A stretch of DNA of 64,000 nucleotides, taken from positions 1,594,156 to 1,658,155 of the forward strand of contig CAJFCJ010000013.1 in assembly GCA_904063045.1 (NCBI GenBank). The letters run 5' to 3'. This document shows, in pieces, positions 11,345 to 25,015 of the stretch. The notes under the pieces are model-generated. The model ran no database searches. It was given only the letters and a program-made list of their open reading frames with translations, and was not told where the DNA came from. Source of the DNA: Dimorphilus gyrociliatus (lineage: Eukaryota > Animalia > Annelida). How positions within the stretch are numbered: position 1 is the first letter of the stretch; the number at the start of each line of letters is the position of its first letter. The position numbers and the translations under genes are program-made.

Positions 11345-14300
11345 ATGGCACCCAGAAGTAAACGCTCTAAAGTTCGGAAGGACGATGTAACTTTTTCTTT
11401 TAAATTTTTATTGCTTTTTAACACTAACTTTTCGTTTTGATAAGAGCCAACAAAGAAAAGTTTCAAAGTTTTTTGCCTTAAAGTATATTGGAAATGTACG
11501 ACATTTGTATGTGAAATTCCAAGGAAGCAGCTACTGGAAGTGCGACTGGATAAGAGAAGAATGGGTAAGAAACGTTCTCTGGAATTACTTTCAACTCTAT
11601 ATTTATTTATTACTAGATCAAGAAATATTCTGGTTGTCTTTATCATCATTGGAAAAAGGATAATCCAAAACCTGTCACTTTCAATTCCCATCACGTAAAC
11701 TATTAAATAAATCGTTTTTATTATTCGTTGTAAAAAATATAATATATCAAACTTTTCCGCAGAGTCATATCGAAATGTGCAGAAAGCTGGACCTAACTAC
11801 ACGCCTTCTTGTTGACCGAGTCGTAGCCTGCCGGTAGGTTAAATCTAATTACGAAACTGATAGTGTTAATAATTATACGAAACTTTTTTTGATAGACCAA
11901 ATAAAGATCAACCTGGTGAAATAGAATATTTCGTAAAGTGGAGAAATTGTGATTTGGATGAAGCTACTTGGGAAGACCCTAACTTTCTCCAAGCAAATAT
12001 TCCTGAATTTGAATCAATTTTAAATGACTATATACTAGAGATACAAAAACTAACACAGGACTGGTCACTTCCAAGGAAGCTTGTCAACCCAAAAGACGTA
12101 TGTAAAGACTATACAGTATATACCATACACTTTCTAAAACCAAAAATATGATCTTCTTCATTTAGCTAAGGCAAGAAATTATTGAGTGTCCAACCTACAT
12201 CCGTGATATGAACTTAAAAAAAGCTCATTGGAACATCTTGAATAGATTACGTAAAACATGTGTTGAACGACGTATTGCCGTTTTGGAAAGATTACCATTA
12301 CCTCAAAGACAAAAATTTATTATAAGCTTATTGAAAAGCATAAGAGCAGATGTAAGATTTAAATATGTAGCTTTTTAACAATTGCTTTAAAATAACGACG
12401 ATGTTGTTTTTTTCGAAATAAGAATATTGTCGGTCCGGTTCTCATGATTTTACCTTTGCCTGGTATGGTTTCCTGTTGGAGTGAAGTAATTAGACGCTAC
12501 ATGCCAGGTATAAGAATTAGAAAATTTATGGGAAATAAGGAATCAAGAGAAGCTTTATGGCGTTACGAATTCTTCCATACAATTACCAAACCAAATCGCT
12601 GCAAGGTTCCAAGATTTGATATTGCATTGACTACTGGATTGATCTACTCTTGTGATTGGAGAAGTTTAGCTATATGTCCGTGGTCAGTTGTACTAGTGGA
12701 CAGTATAACTTTCTCTTCAAACTCCAGCAGACTTGTAAGATTATTTGCTTTAAACCTGTTTACACTTTTCTAATTCTAATTCCATAGGCTAGTCATAATA
12801 TTCTTCCTGGTAAATTTTTAACGCTATTGACAACAAGCGTGAAATTGAAAGAAGAGGAAAATATTGAACTTTTCGAAGCTTTGGAACTCCTGGATCCCAA
12901 AAATATTGAGTAAAAATAAATTTTCAATTTATAGAAATTTAGTTCCTGTTCCTAAATTATAAATTTATCCTCGTCAGAATTCAGAGATGCTTAGAAGCTC
13001 TTAAGGACAAAAATAAGAAACTCTATAGTGAAATTACTCCAAAGTACATTATTAATCTACAAACTGAGATTGTTCCTAAACCTTTAGAATTTGTCTTCCT
13101 TATTGAAATGACATCATTACAAAAGTTCGCTTTTTTTTAATAGTACACAGATTCTTAATAAACAAGTTTCCTTTTTTTTATTTTAAAAATAGATACTATT
13201 ATCAGAAAGTTACAAAACAATTTATTAATAGAAAAGAAACTTTCTCCTCGCATAGTGTAAAAACTTATATTGATGAATTGAGGCATTGCTGCAATCATCC
13301 ATTTTTGTTGGATGATCACGAAGGGGTAAGAGATTTGTTGATAACCGAAAAATATACTCATGCATACGTTTATGATTTTTAAACTAGATACATATGATAA
13401 GAAGTAAATCGAATGATATCGCGACTATTATAGCAGCTTCAGCAAAGTGTCAAATACTCTTACGACTTTTAAGAAAAATGAATCCGTTGGAAGATCGCTG
13501 CTTAATTTTATGCTCGGTTAGACAAGATTGTTAATTCTTATCAAACATTTTATTAATTTTTGTTTTTTCAAAAAACTAGTCAGGACCTATGCTATCCGTT
13601 ATTGGAAGAGTTGTAAGAAGTCAAGACTACACTTGCAAATACGCCTATGACGGCTATAGATATTACGATCGTGTGGTTGATGGATACAATGGTAAGAGGG
13701 TTTAAACAGTCTATAGATTTATAATTTTGCTCTAATATCCTGAAAAGAGTGAGTAACCATCCACAACAAAGGTTCAAAACTATAAAAGGGAAAGTTTCTA
13801 AAACCTTTTCCTATATGATTTTTAAAAAATATACAAAGTAATTATATAGAGATCAAAGCTACATCGCAAAAAGTGATAATTCGTAGCATAAAATCAGCTT
13901 TATTTTCAATTTTTTACCTTTGATTTAGGTGTTACTTGCTTTTGTTGGATATTTCATTATTAAGAATGTTCTTGAAAATAAAACAGAGAGAAAGGTGAGA
14001 ACTTTCTGTTATTTGGTTTGTGTTGACAAAGATCGAGTAGTATTAAATCCTTCTGCTTCGGATACAATTATTCTATTTGATGTGGACTTGGAGAGATTGA
14101 GAGATATCAAGATCCTTAAGTTAGCAAGAAAGCGTGGTTGTACGATTTATCGTATGACTTGTCGAAATACCATTGAAGAAAGTATCTCGAAGTTAATAGA
14201 AAGAAAGATGCTTTTGCATGCTATAAAACATTCTGGGAAACATCCGTATGTCAGAAAAATATTAAGAAGTCCTTGGACAGATCCATTAAATTTTATTGGA

Positions 14301-15364
14301 ATATCTCATTTACTAAATTCTCAAATAGATGATGAATTTGACAAAGATATTCTTAGTCTTTCTAATGATGATTTGCAGAAAATATGGACTGTAGGCCTCT
14401 TCGGACACGAAAGAGTTAATAGATACTTGCACCCGTTTCCAGTTTGCAGACCTTCTGATTTCACCGAGGAAGATATTTCACTTCTTATTCGAGATGAACT
14501 TTTGGAAACTGGGAAAGTATTACCGTTCGCCAAGAATGAAGATTTTGGGCATATGTTTCATCAAATAACTTTAGAAAGCAGTTACGAAGAAGAAGATCGC
14601 ACTTTTATCTTCAAAGTAAGTTGCACCATCTTCTTGAAAAGCATTTTACTTATCGTATATTTTGTATTTCTCTCTTATTCTCCAGAAAAAGCCATTATGG
14701 TGCAAAGTCTCAGAAAAATTTGAGGTAAGTTATTAAGGTTAACACGGTACATGAAACATTTTACTTTCTTTTTTGTAACCAATTGATATTTATAGATGTT
14801 AAATAAGTAGTTTTTTTTTATAGGATACTGACAAAAGAATTAATAATTTTCCTGCCAAGGAACTAGTCAGTGATACTGACCTGGATATAGATTTTTGTGA
14901 CATTGATATGATTGAACCGAGTATTGGAAATGATATGAGGCCCATTGAAGATGCGGTCGTAGTAAGTTGTAAAAAATATTGAATAATAAATTTAGATTAT
15001 TGATAAAAACGTTATGATAATATTAATCATTTATCACAAAGGAAAAGTTAATACCAACGAGTGACAACCAAATCCTACAGATTAAATATTTGAAAGATCT
15101 GCGCTCTATATGTCAAGAGGTTTTTTTTGTTTTTCGTTTATAAGAAAATTAATTATAGGAAATTGTCTTGGGTATTTTTTTAACTGTTATTTTTTTTTCA
15201 TTAAAGGGTTTTGTACTTAAATTGGATGATGTTGAAACGGTAAATCTCCTTTTTTTTCTATGAATAATATCTTTAATACTAATAATTTTTCATAGGTTAC
15301 GCGAGGAATTACTAAAAAAGCACAACTTACGGCCTTATTCAAAAGTAGACAAACAAATGTATAA
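11345..15364 (+). CDS. CHD3/4/5 (Mi-2)-derived protein: tandem chromodomains plus a degenerate SNF2 helicase-like domain; about 17 exons, 3' end approximate
   Basis: Chromodomain-like segments RHLYVKFQGSSYWKCDW and EYFVKWRNCDLDEATWE. SNF2-fold segments GPVLMILPLPGMVSCWSEVIRRYMP, SAKCQILLRLLRKMNPLEDRCLIL and SDTIILFDVD...IYRMTCRNTIEESI align in order with CHD4. Confidence 0.8.
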
Positions 15365-16794
15365 CAAGAACACGAAAAGAGTCAGAATGGACATTACTCC
15401 TATTCGTCAAATTTAACATTTCCTTTGAAGAGTTTAAAATTCAGCTATAATTAAAGAAATTCCTACTTTTCAAAATTATCTTATATTTTAACAGTATCTT
15501 ATTAGTGGTAGTATTACCCCATTTATTCTAATGACGGTCTTCAAAACCCTGCGAATGCTTTAATATTGCAACGATTATAAGAGCTGATGTTATTGATTGT
15601 TATATCTTTACTTAACGAAATGTATTTTTCTTCTTGTTTCTATTTCATCAAATATTAATTGCAAATATTGAGCTGTAAGTGATTCTACTCGTAAAGAAAA
15701 TGACTAAAGGTTTGGAAGAACGTCAATACCATATTTACACTATATTTTCTTGATGCATATGTCCTTAAACAAACCTATTGAGATGTTATTAGTCTCGTCA
15801 GCTACTATTACATTTGAGAAAGATTTAGCCTATTAGTCGATTTTAAAAATAAGCTAAAAACTCGTGCAAGTACAATAGATGCAAATGCACTAATTGCAAA
15901 TAATTATCTGTACCTCCCATTCAATATCAGTCGAACAGATAAACTTAATTAAAAGTGGAGAAAAGCAAACATTTAAAGTTAAGGGATGCTTTTAGCTTGT
16001 AAAAAGAATATAGGGTAGATCGAATTTTCCAAAACAAATTAAGAATGATTAGGGTGCGCATATAGTTACTCAAAGCAGACGTTAAGAGTTGAATGTTGAA
16101 AGATCCACATTTAGAGTAAATAAACTTTTTTTAATCTAGAGAGACTAAGAGAGTAATTTATATCGATAATAATCTGAAGCAAAGCAACATATCGTTCTAT
16201 TCAAGGTCGTAAGTGCTAAGAAAGATTAGCACTTCGGTAATTTTACACTAACTTGATAAAAGAATGCAAAAAATACTATATACTAAAAGTATCAGAATAA
16301 AACATACATTAGTATAAAACAAATAATTAACGGGAATTTAAAAAGTTTCTTACAGAAATTATAAAGGAAAAGTCTCAAATGATTTCACGAGATAGAGGGA
16401 GAAAGTAAACTGGGTGACAACTACCTGGTGGTTGTCAAAGCACCTACCAATCTTTATCAATTCAAGTTACAACAAGCAATAAAATGGTGTAATTAGTCTC
16501 ATTCGTAGTGCCACCTGGAATAATTGCCAAGGGTATAAATCTCTGGGTCATTAACCTTATGTAGTTGAAATTTCCTGAATAATCATCATTAAATGAGAAT
16601 GTATATTGATTATTTTTTAACTGTATTCAAACAAATTTCCATAGCTTAATCGATAAATTGTCGAAAAAAAAAGATGTAGCTAAACTTAAAAGAATTTCTT
16701 TTTTTTTTTACAAAATAAGGCAACGAAAAATATTTTCAAACATCAACAGATTTCTTATACAAAATTCGGGAGAAAAAATAAACTAAAATATATG

Positions 16795-18532
16795 TTATAC
16801 CTTTTCAACCAACGGTTCTAACTTACAATCCTGTTCTGTAACAGTTCTTGTAATAGTACCATCTTCCTCTTCTTTCTTCTTGCAAAGAGAAAGTAAACAA
16901 TATAATCTAGATTGTATTATGAAATTTTGTCGAGTTTCTCTATGTGATATTATCCTCCAGAAAACAGCAATCATTGCCAATGGCATGGATGTGCATGCAA
17001 AACATAAAACTGCAGTTCCGGCTTTCTCAGCTTCGTACGGTGGCAAAGCGAAACTAATCATTACTAAGCCGACAGACATGTTTTGAACTCCAGTCTCCAA
17101 ACTGACTGTAACGATTTGGCGATATTTTAAGCCAGCTGCAACAGATACTACAGCACCAATGCTATAACCTATATATGAAAAAAGCAGAGCAACAACAGGT
17201 ACCCTCCAATCCAGTGTTTTAAGAATGTCATAATGGGTATAAATACTTAGCACAACTATAACTATAATAATTAAAATAAGAATAGGCTTCAGCAGGTTAG
17301 CCAATATGTCAGCAATTTTAGGTTTACGATATCGTAGAATTATTCCAATACCAGATGGTATAGTAATGGCCGCGAGGAATATCATAACTTTTACAACCGG
17401 AATTGTAATTTGCGCACCATTAACTAAAAATAGTCTGGCAAAAACCCAAAACCAAAAAGGCGTCATGAACAACGCTCCAATTGTGCTAAATGTTGTCATT
17501 GTGATGCTTAATTCTAGATCTCCGTCTAGTAAAGCAGCACAAAAGTTACTTCCACCACCGCCTGGAGACGAACCAATTGCTACAAGGCCCAAACCGTATA
17601 GAGGATCGATGTTCGCTATTTTAGCCATTAGAGCAGCGAGCTGAAACAGGAAAATGAATGAAGGCTAAACAAAGAGAGCTCTATATAAAAAAAAGATGAT
17701 AGATATTTTGTCGCTTACATACTTTATGAAATATATAGAAAGAGGGAATATATATAAAGCGATTAATGATATATATTTATAAATATATAAAAAATACGAT
17801 ACTTAAGTTTCTTGTATAATTAAATTGAGATTACTATAAGACCTGAATAGTTCGACTAGTTTTCTGTTTAGAAGAGCAAGCTTACCGGGCCCATAATTAA
17901 AAATTGACAAGCAAAGCCTAAGCATGGAGCTATAGGCTTTTTTACAATCTTTAAGATGACTCGGGGATCAAGGGCGCATCCAAATGCAACATTAACAACT
18001 GTTGCAAGAGTTCCTACCAATGCGGGATAGTATACACTCATCAAAGTATCACGCCTTAGTATCTGAAACAAACATAAGCGAATTAAGACAACCTAGATAG
18101 AATGACAGAGTGTAAATTTTGTACTTTTAAGTCTAGTATCTTTTTAACTATACATTCATTATTCCCAGATGAAATCTCAAGTTTACCAACACCGGTAACC
18201 AAAGGTTTAATTTCAATAAGACCGGTTATTCCGGTTTCAATATTTTCATCTATTATCGTCCAATTTTTAACACAATATAAACTGCTGTTTTTCAGATCTA
18301 AATCCAGATTTTTCTTAATCTCAGTGATATTTATTGACGTGGCACAGGTCAAGTTGAATGTCACTGTCTCTTTTTCGTCTTCTCGAAGTAAGTAAGTTTC
18401 TTTTTCAAACACAACGTTGCAGTCGCATTTTTTGGTCGAGCATCCGTTTTCTACGTTTTTTGAGAGACAGATACGCGTCGTATGAGCCAAAAGTAATATC
18501 AAGATAAATTTTTGCATATTAATCAGTTTCAA
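16795..18532 (-). CDS. SLC10-family sodium/bile-acid symporter-like transporter with an N-terminal signal peptide and ectodomain (SLC10A3/A5-like layout), three exons; start may be Met at 18517
   Basis: SBF motifs KKPIAPCLGFACQFLIMGP, IGSSPGGGGSN, DGDLELSITMTTFST and TVSLETGVQN. Exons approximately 18532-18125, 18062-17881 and 17641-16795. Confidence 0.9.
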
Positions 18533-18786
18533 TAAAGAATTATCGTAAAAAAAAGAAAAAAAAGAAAAGAGAAAACAAGGTGTTTTCAGAAGCTCAGCTA
18601 GTATTGAAAATTTAGCGATCTCTCGGCCTACGTTCCGCCAGAGATAGAGCTTTGCTATTGGCCAAAAAATTGATTATCGGTTAGTTTAGTCATCATAATA
18701 ATTAGGCCTACTATTGAGCAATGTTAGGTCTAAAAGCGTATATAAGAGAGGGGGGGGGGTTGTTTGAGGTACTTTTACATTTTAAA

Positions 18787-21700
18787 ATGGCTACGGGTGG
18801 AGAAGTAATGACGAACTTTTCGACGGTAATCATGAGGGAAAAGTCTGCTTCAACGAAGAGTCCTAACTCTTCTGTTCGAAACTGCTATTCTCTAGATGTG
18901 TCGCCGTTTGGTGTTCGTCATCGCAGAAGAATCTCTAAAGAGTATTTTGTCCGCCGTAGAACGTTAAAAGATGTTCTTTTCAAAATTTTTTCGAAAAGCG
19001 AAAAATTTAGTAAGTATATCATTATTTTTTATGTTCAAAAACACATTTTGAATGCAAAACATCTAGGAATAGAAACAATTCCATTAATACTGTAGATAAA
19101 AAGAAAACTTCAAAAAAAAGAAATATTCTTCCTGTTCTTAGAACAGGTAATAATTCTATTCAAACACATTTAGGCAAAATGATATCGATTATAAAATGGA
19201 AAATAAAAAGTATATAAAAGACACAAATATTAATTGGTATATACTCTAGAGTAAATGATCTTTACGATAAAGAGTATAAGTCAGTTTTATTAGTATTCTT
19301 AAATTAATTCCTAATTCGATTCGAATCACGCCTAGAAGCTTAGCCTTAGGAATTGATGGTAGCCTTTAATGAACGTACTTGTTTAAAGAAAAAGAATATT
19401 TACGGGAATATTTCGAATAAAAGAAAAAAAAAACTTGTCCAGAATACTTCCTATTAGTTTTTATTCTTATTGAAAACCTTTTATCGTCTTGTTTTTTTTC
19501 TTTTTTTCAAAAGAATATTCATCACGAAAGTAGAACATTTCGATCCAGGGTTACTGTGATATCAAGTTCTAAATTTTGCTTAAATTCTACTAATTAGGTA
19601 TTGCTTGAGTTTAATTAGCGCGAGAGATAAGTAGTTTTTTCCCTATATGTCATTTAAAAGGGGTAAAGTTGAGAATTTTTTTTGAAAACATTTTTTTTTT
19701 ATTTTTAGTTTTTAGTATCTTTGTTTTTGTTTTTTTTTTTACTTGTTCATTTTATACTTTCTTTCGAATTTTCTTCCCCCCCCCTCCTTAGTCTTTTTGA
19801 ACTCTTAATAGGCCTAAATGAATTGTAGTTATACCAATGCTCTTTTAAATATTCAACATTATTTACAACCTGTCTAAACAGACAATATATATAAACAGCC
19901 TATAGTATGCAAATTTTCCATGTGTTTCATTTGGAACCATCATTTCTAGACAAGAGTATCTTTATCTATACTTTGTTTTGGGTAAGAGAATAAATAATCA
20001 TTAACATATATTTTTGACTATTATTGTTAAATATTAATAAAGTGAAGATGCTTAGTCGGAGATTTAAAGTATTATTTAGATGATAAGTTTATTAATTTCA
20101 TAAATAATTTATATAGGATTTATATGGGATACTATATAAAACGATCTACTGATAGACACCCTACTTCTGGAGAAAATATTTATTAATATAACTCTTGGCT
20201 AAAATATATATAGGGAGGGGTACATTTTAATTTATGTATGTATTTTATTTTGTTTTAGTGTATTTATTTAAGTAGCATATAAAATGGTAAGTCGATGCTA
20301 GAAATGCTGAGAAGAATAAACGTATTATATTACTAAGAAGTTCCTGTTCTACTTCAGGAAAATCTACCATTGCTCAGTCCAGAAATTATCAAGTTGAAGT
20401 TGAAGGTGACGAACATGCCGTAATTACTGAAATCAAGCATGTGAAAGGTAGATCGTGGAAAAATTATTCGAAAACGGTCCGGCTAACTGTGAATAATGCT
20501 AAATGTATCCCGAAAGAAATCCAACATTGTCGTCATCTAGTTTACTTTTATCTTCATTGTTCAGATATTAAGGAGTTACCATTAGAATTATGTCTATTGG
20601 AGAATATTCAAGAATTGCACTTATCTTCTAATAATATCCAACGGTTAACTCATATTGAATACTGTAGAAACTTACGACTATTAGACGTCTCTCAAAATAA
20701 GATATTGGAGCTGGAGGCGGGAATTTGCAGTCTGAAAAAGTTAAATACCTTGAACTTGAATGGAAACCGACTTAGTACGTTACCCATGGAAATTGAAAAA
20801 TTATACAATCTTCAACATTTATTTATTTCTGCTAATAGATTACGTAGCATTCCGTTCGGTATTAAGAACATACGAACAATGCAAAATTTAGATCTTAGTC
20901 GAAATAGAATTGATTTAATTGACGAGGACTTTTTTGAAAACTTACAGTATTTAGAATGTGCAGTCTTGTCCGACAATCAATTGAGTAGAATACCAGATTC
21001 CATTTTGAAATGTTCAAATCTGAAAAATTTATATTTGAGGAAAAACCGATTCAAATTCGTCCCTGCTTCTTTGTGCGATGTTGAAAAGTTAGAAACGCTT
21101 AATATTTCGGATAATTACATTCGGAAGTACAATGTCAGCCTAAGATCTTTGAGAAAATTATTTTTGGGATCCAATGAATTATCCGACTTAAGCGATTCAA
21201 TAGCAGATAGTGTGGATCTGGTTACCTTATCTATCGAAAACAATAACTTTGAAACGTTCCCACGAAACGTATTAAAACTTTCTAAATTGCGTAATCTAAA
21301 CCTGAGTTCCAATGCGAACTTGGCTGATATTCCAAGCGAGATAAATAGCTTGAAGAATCTTAGACACCTTAATCTGGAAACAACCCGTACTTCGTGTATC
21401 TCGAGGAAGCTGCTGACGCGCTCCCACCTTAGATTGTCAGTTGCTGGATCTTTATTTTCATCGGAATTTCAAGAAATGTCTGATGCTGGCGTTGAAGCTC
21501 TTAAAGAATTTTTAGCCAGCAAAAATTATCAGTTACCTGACTTGAGTAATGACATTGAAGATGTTGGATTCGGTAATGATGGGAATACGAATTTCGATGA
21601 CAACAAAGATGATACAGATGTATCTGATAGCGAATATGTAAACGATCAATATCACGATAATGTTCGATGCCGACAATTTTCCATACTGAAACTCTCTTGA
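18787..21700 (+). CDS. Leucine-rich repeat protein, two-exon model (18787-19009, 20358-21700)
   Basis: The phase-1 donor TTTA|GTAAG at 19010 joins in frame to the acceptor ttcag|GA at 20357. About 13 LxxLxLxxNxL repeats, a GVEALKEFL cap and an acidic tail. Exon 1 has an Arg-rich stretch (RHRRRISK...RRR). Confidence 0.85.
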
Positions 21701-22926
21701 ACCTATTAATTACTGAGATGCGCCATCATATGGTCACACTTTCAAATTAAGATAGATACCATGAATATTAATACTCTCGATATTTTTGAAATTTTGAAGA
21801 AATTGCTAAATCTAAAAACAAGAAAAAAAATTAATAAGAGAAAAGCTCAAAAAAAAAAATTGCGAGAGGTTAGATTCCTTACTTATTAGCATGTATATTA
21901 GAATACAGCATTTTGTTTGTTACGGGGCTGGTACTGCAATAATATTATAGGAAACGTTAAAATATGATAAAGTGTAAATGAGCGTTAATCGTATAATGCA
22001 TGTTGAAAGTATCCATCTGCCTATTTATAAAGTTGGTATTTTTCAAAATTTTTGTTGACCTATCTGAAAAATAGTATGATGTTATGTAATATATTACAAT
22101 TACTATCATAAGTGTTTTACAAAAGGTTAATTTTTTCAGTTTTGTACATATGAAAAAAAAATAAAAGTGTGATAAAAAGTTAAAAACAGATCATTCTTTT
22201 TTTCTTTATTTATTGTATTCGACTAGAAACATATTGGAATGTTGTTAATATCTTTACACACAACTAAAAAGTAAGACCCAAAAATGCAGTTAGAGATAAA
22301 CTAAACATTACGAAATAAAGTCATGGAAAGAAAAAAAATAAGTTATTAGAGAAATTTTTAACTAAATATACATTAATGTCGTCTTTCCTAAATATTCTCC
22401 TTAGAATAACATTGGAATTATTGCAGAATTTCAAGTGAAAATTTAACAAAGACAAATAATAATAAAAGATAATATGCTTTTCTGTTTAAGTCAGCACGTT
22501 ATCAATCAGGATTTGCAAAGAAAAACACATAAGACTGCATTTAATATCTCTGAACGTTGAAAAGTAGCACCGAATAATATTTGAGCCCAAAAAGAGAATT
22601 CTTCAAAAAGCAGTAAGATATCCAACTATAAATATCGTTTTCTGTATATTAATGAATATTATATATCTTTTTATGGAATAGCGAGAGAGAGAGAATGGAC
22701 GGTTAAATAAAATAAAGAAAAATTTGTGCTTTTTCTATTATGGAATTCAATTGGCTTCTTCTCCTTTCCCCTAATCTATGTTTTTTATATTTTTTTTAAA
22801 ATCAATCAGCCAACAATCATAGATGGAATAGTTTCAGAATTTAAAAATCCTCCAAGGTTGCGAAAGTAAAGTTGGATAATCATAAAAAGTATTAATAATT
22901 AATTCTATAAAGAGAAGGAAGTAATC

Positions 22927-24979
22927 TTATGACATGCATAAAGTAGGCCTATTTGGTGCTATATTTTCAAGTTCAGAGAGTGTCATAATGGCGTCATCCA
23001 ACCCGCAGTCCGATGTAAAATCCGTTGAATTTGTATCTAATTTGTCATTGGAAACATTTGCGTAGGAAAATATGCATATAACTGCGTAGTTGATTTCACT
23101 CGCCTGTATTTGAGAAGAAAGAGGCCATTAAGAGAAAATTATAATAAAGAAATTAACACTGGAGAACAGAGAGGAAAATTATTAATTTTTATGCAATTGA
23201 AAGAAAATTATAGCATTAATACAGAATGTGATTTGTCTTTTGTTTTTTTTTTAATGCAAATAATACATAGTCCTGTATAAAAGTTTCTTTTACATTGTAT
23301 ACTTTTAATCAATATCGATAATCTAGCAAACATCAATTCCCTTTAATACCCAATTTACATTGGTTGGCGAAGGTCCAGAGCAACAGGCAAAATAATAAAT
23401 AAACTATATAACTCCGATTATATTAAATTGCTATTTAATAAGCGTTTTTTAACGTGCTATGTACAATGTACAATAGATTATAATAGTACATTAAAATACT
23501 ATTATAATTTTATTGTATGTAAAGACGTATTATTTGAATTGAAAAAAAAAACGACCATAAATCAGATAAATAGTATAATTAACTGAAATTAAGACGGAAT
23601 AAAATGTTGTAAAGAAAATTAAATGGCTTTTAAGAGAAGAAAACCAAAAATTAAGATACAAACTAGCATTATTTTTATCTGTTTCACTTATGGTACGTAG
23701 TGAACTCGGTCCAATGCTGATAACTTTTCTAACTACTCTATTATTATTCACTTCTACATTATTCACTTCTACATCATTCTCTGTGCTTTCAGTATTTTTT
23801 GAATAAGACCAAGACGATGATCTTTGTCGTGTTTCACCAGGTAAGAACATCTCCCTATGAACGCTAACTATCCTTAGAAATGCCCTTGTCATCTCCTGAG
23901 CCTATAAACATTCGTGAGAAAGGAAGGAAAAAAACAAAACAATGAAAAGGAATTAGAGCATGCAAGGGAAACAAATATATACAGTATATACAGTACATGT
24001 AAAAAAAAAAAAGAGTAGGTGTAGGGGGTAGAACGATGAAATCAGACAGGAGTAACATTATACAATATGCTATCCTGTATAAGTAAAAAACAAAGAGAAA
24101 ACTTTCTACCTACCATAGACGATTTAAATGTTCTAACTATTGATTTCCGAGTTTTGGGATCTGAAAATTAAATTGCAAAAAATAAATAATTGATGAATTA
24201 ATGACTAAAGTAAAATTTAAAAAAAAGAAAAATAATTATTCTTAAATATTATTCAAAAACATTATTATTTTAATTGTACATGTTAATTATATACTGTGTT
24301 AACAGTATACAGAGCATTTATATGTATATATTATGTTTATAAGAAAAAACATATTATATATTGAGGTTAATAAGAATATTGATATTAAAAAAGTATAATA
24401 ATAATAATATTAAAATAGATAAAGCACCGCTCTCCTCAGAAAATTAGTTAGACTTAATTTAAGATCAACATCGTGCATCAAAGAATAATCATAAAATTTC
24501 CTTTGCAGAGAAAGTTCATCTTAAGATATCTCCACTCATTTTCTTATTAATCACTATTTACAGCATAAGTATATAATTTAATGAATATTTATGATGCACA
24601 ATTTACAAAAGAGTATGAGTAATAAAACAGTAAAAGAAAACCCCAAAAGCTGTTAATTTATATATTTAGATAAAAACTATAGGGAAAGATAGGCTTGAAT
24701 AAAAAAAAGGTTTTTTTCCCTCTTTACTTAAATGTCTCATTCTCTCTTAATACAGGAAATACAATTGGATACTTTATATGTTTCTATAAATAAAATTCTT
24801 GATCAAAAGAGAAAATAAGAGATGATAATAATCAGCTCTTTCTTCCCCTTTGTTGTACAAGTTCTTTTTACGCATTATTATTACAACAGTATTTCCAGAA
24901 AAAAAAGATATAAATTGTTTGATAATGAATCTTTTTCCCTTTCAAAAGAAACGAAAAAATCATGCATAAAAAATTTTGC

Positions 24980-25015
<36 letters not shown>

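Noticed and set aside
11335-11694. 119-aa minus-strand ORF
   Set aside because: It is antisense to chromodomain exons and introns of the CHD-like gene, with no recognisable domain.
17306-17644. 112-aa ORF-track entry overlapping the SLC10 gene, and similar entries at 16880-17086 and 18102-18395
   Set aside because: These are opposite-strand shadows of the transporter coding sequence with no independent motifs or splice support.
16795-18532. Functional link between the SLC10 transporter and the deiodinase (iodothyronine transport)
   Set aside because: The genes are about 28 kb and four genes apart, and the layout resembles SLC10A3/A5 rather than NTCP; nothing in the sequence supports a shared pathway.
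20284-20292. ATG|GTAAGT as the start of the LRR gene
   Set aside because: It is phase 0, but the strong acceptor at 20357 needs phase 1, which the 18787-19009 exon supplies. It could still be a minor alternative first exon.
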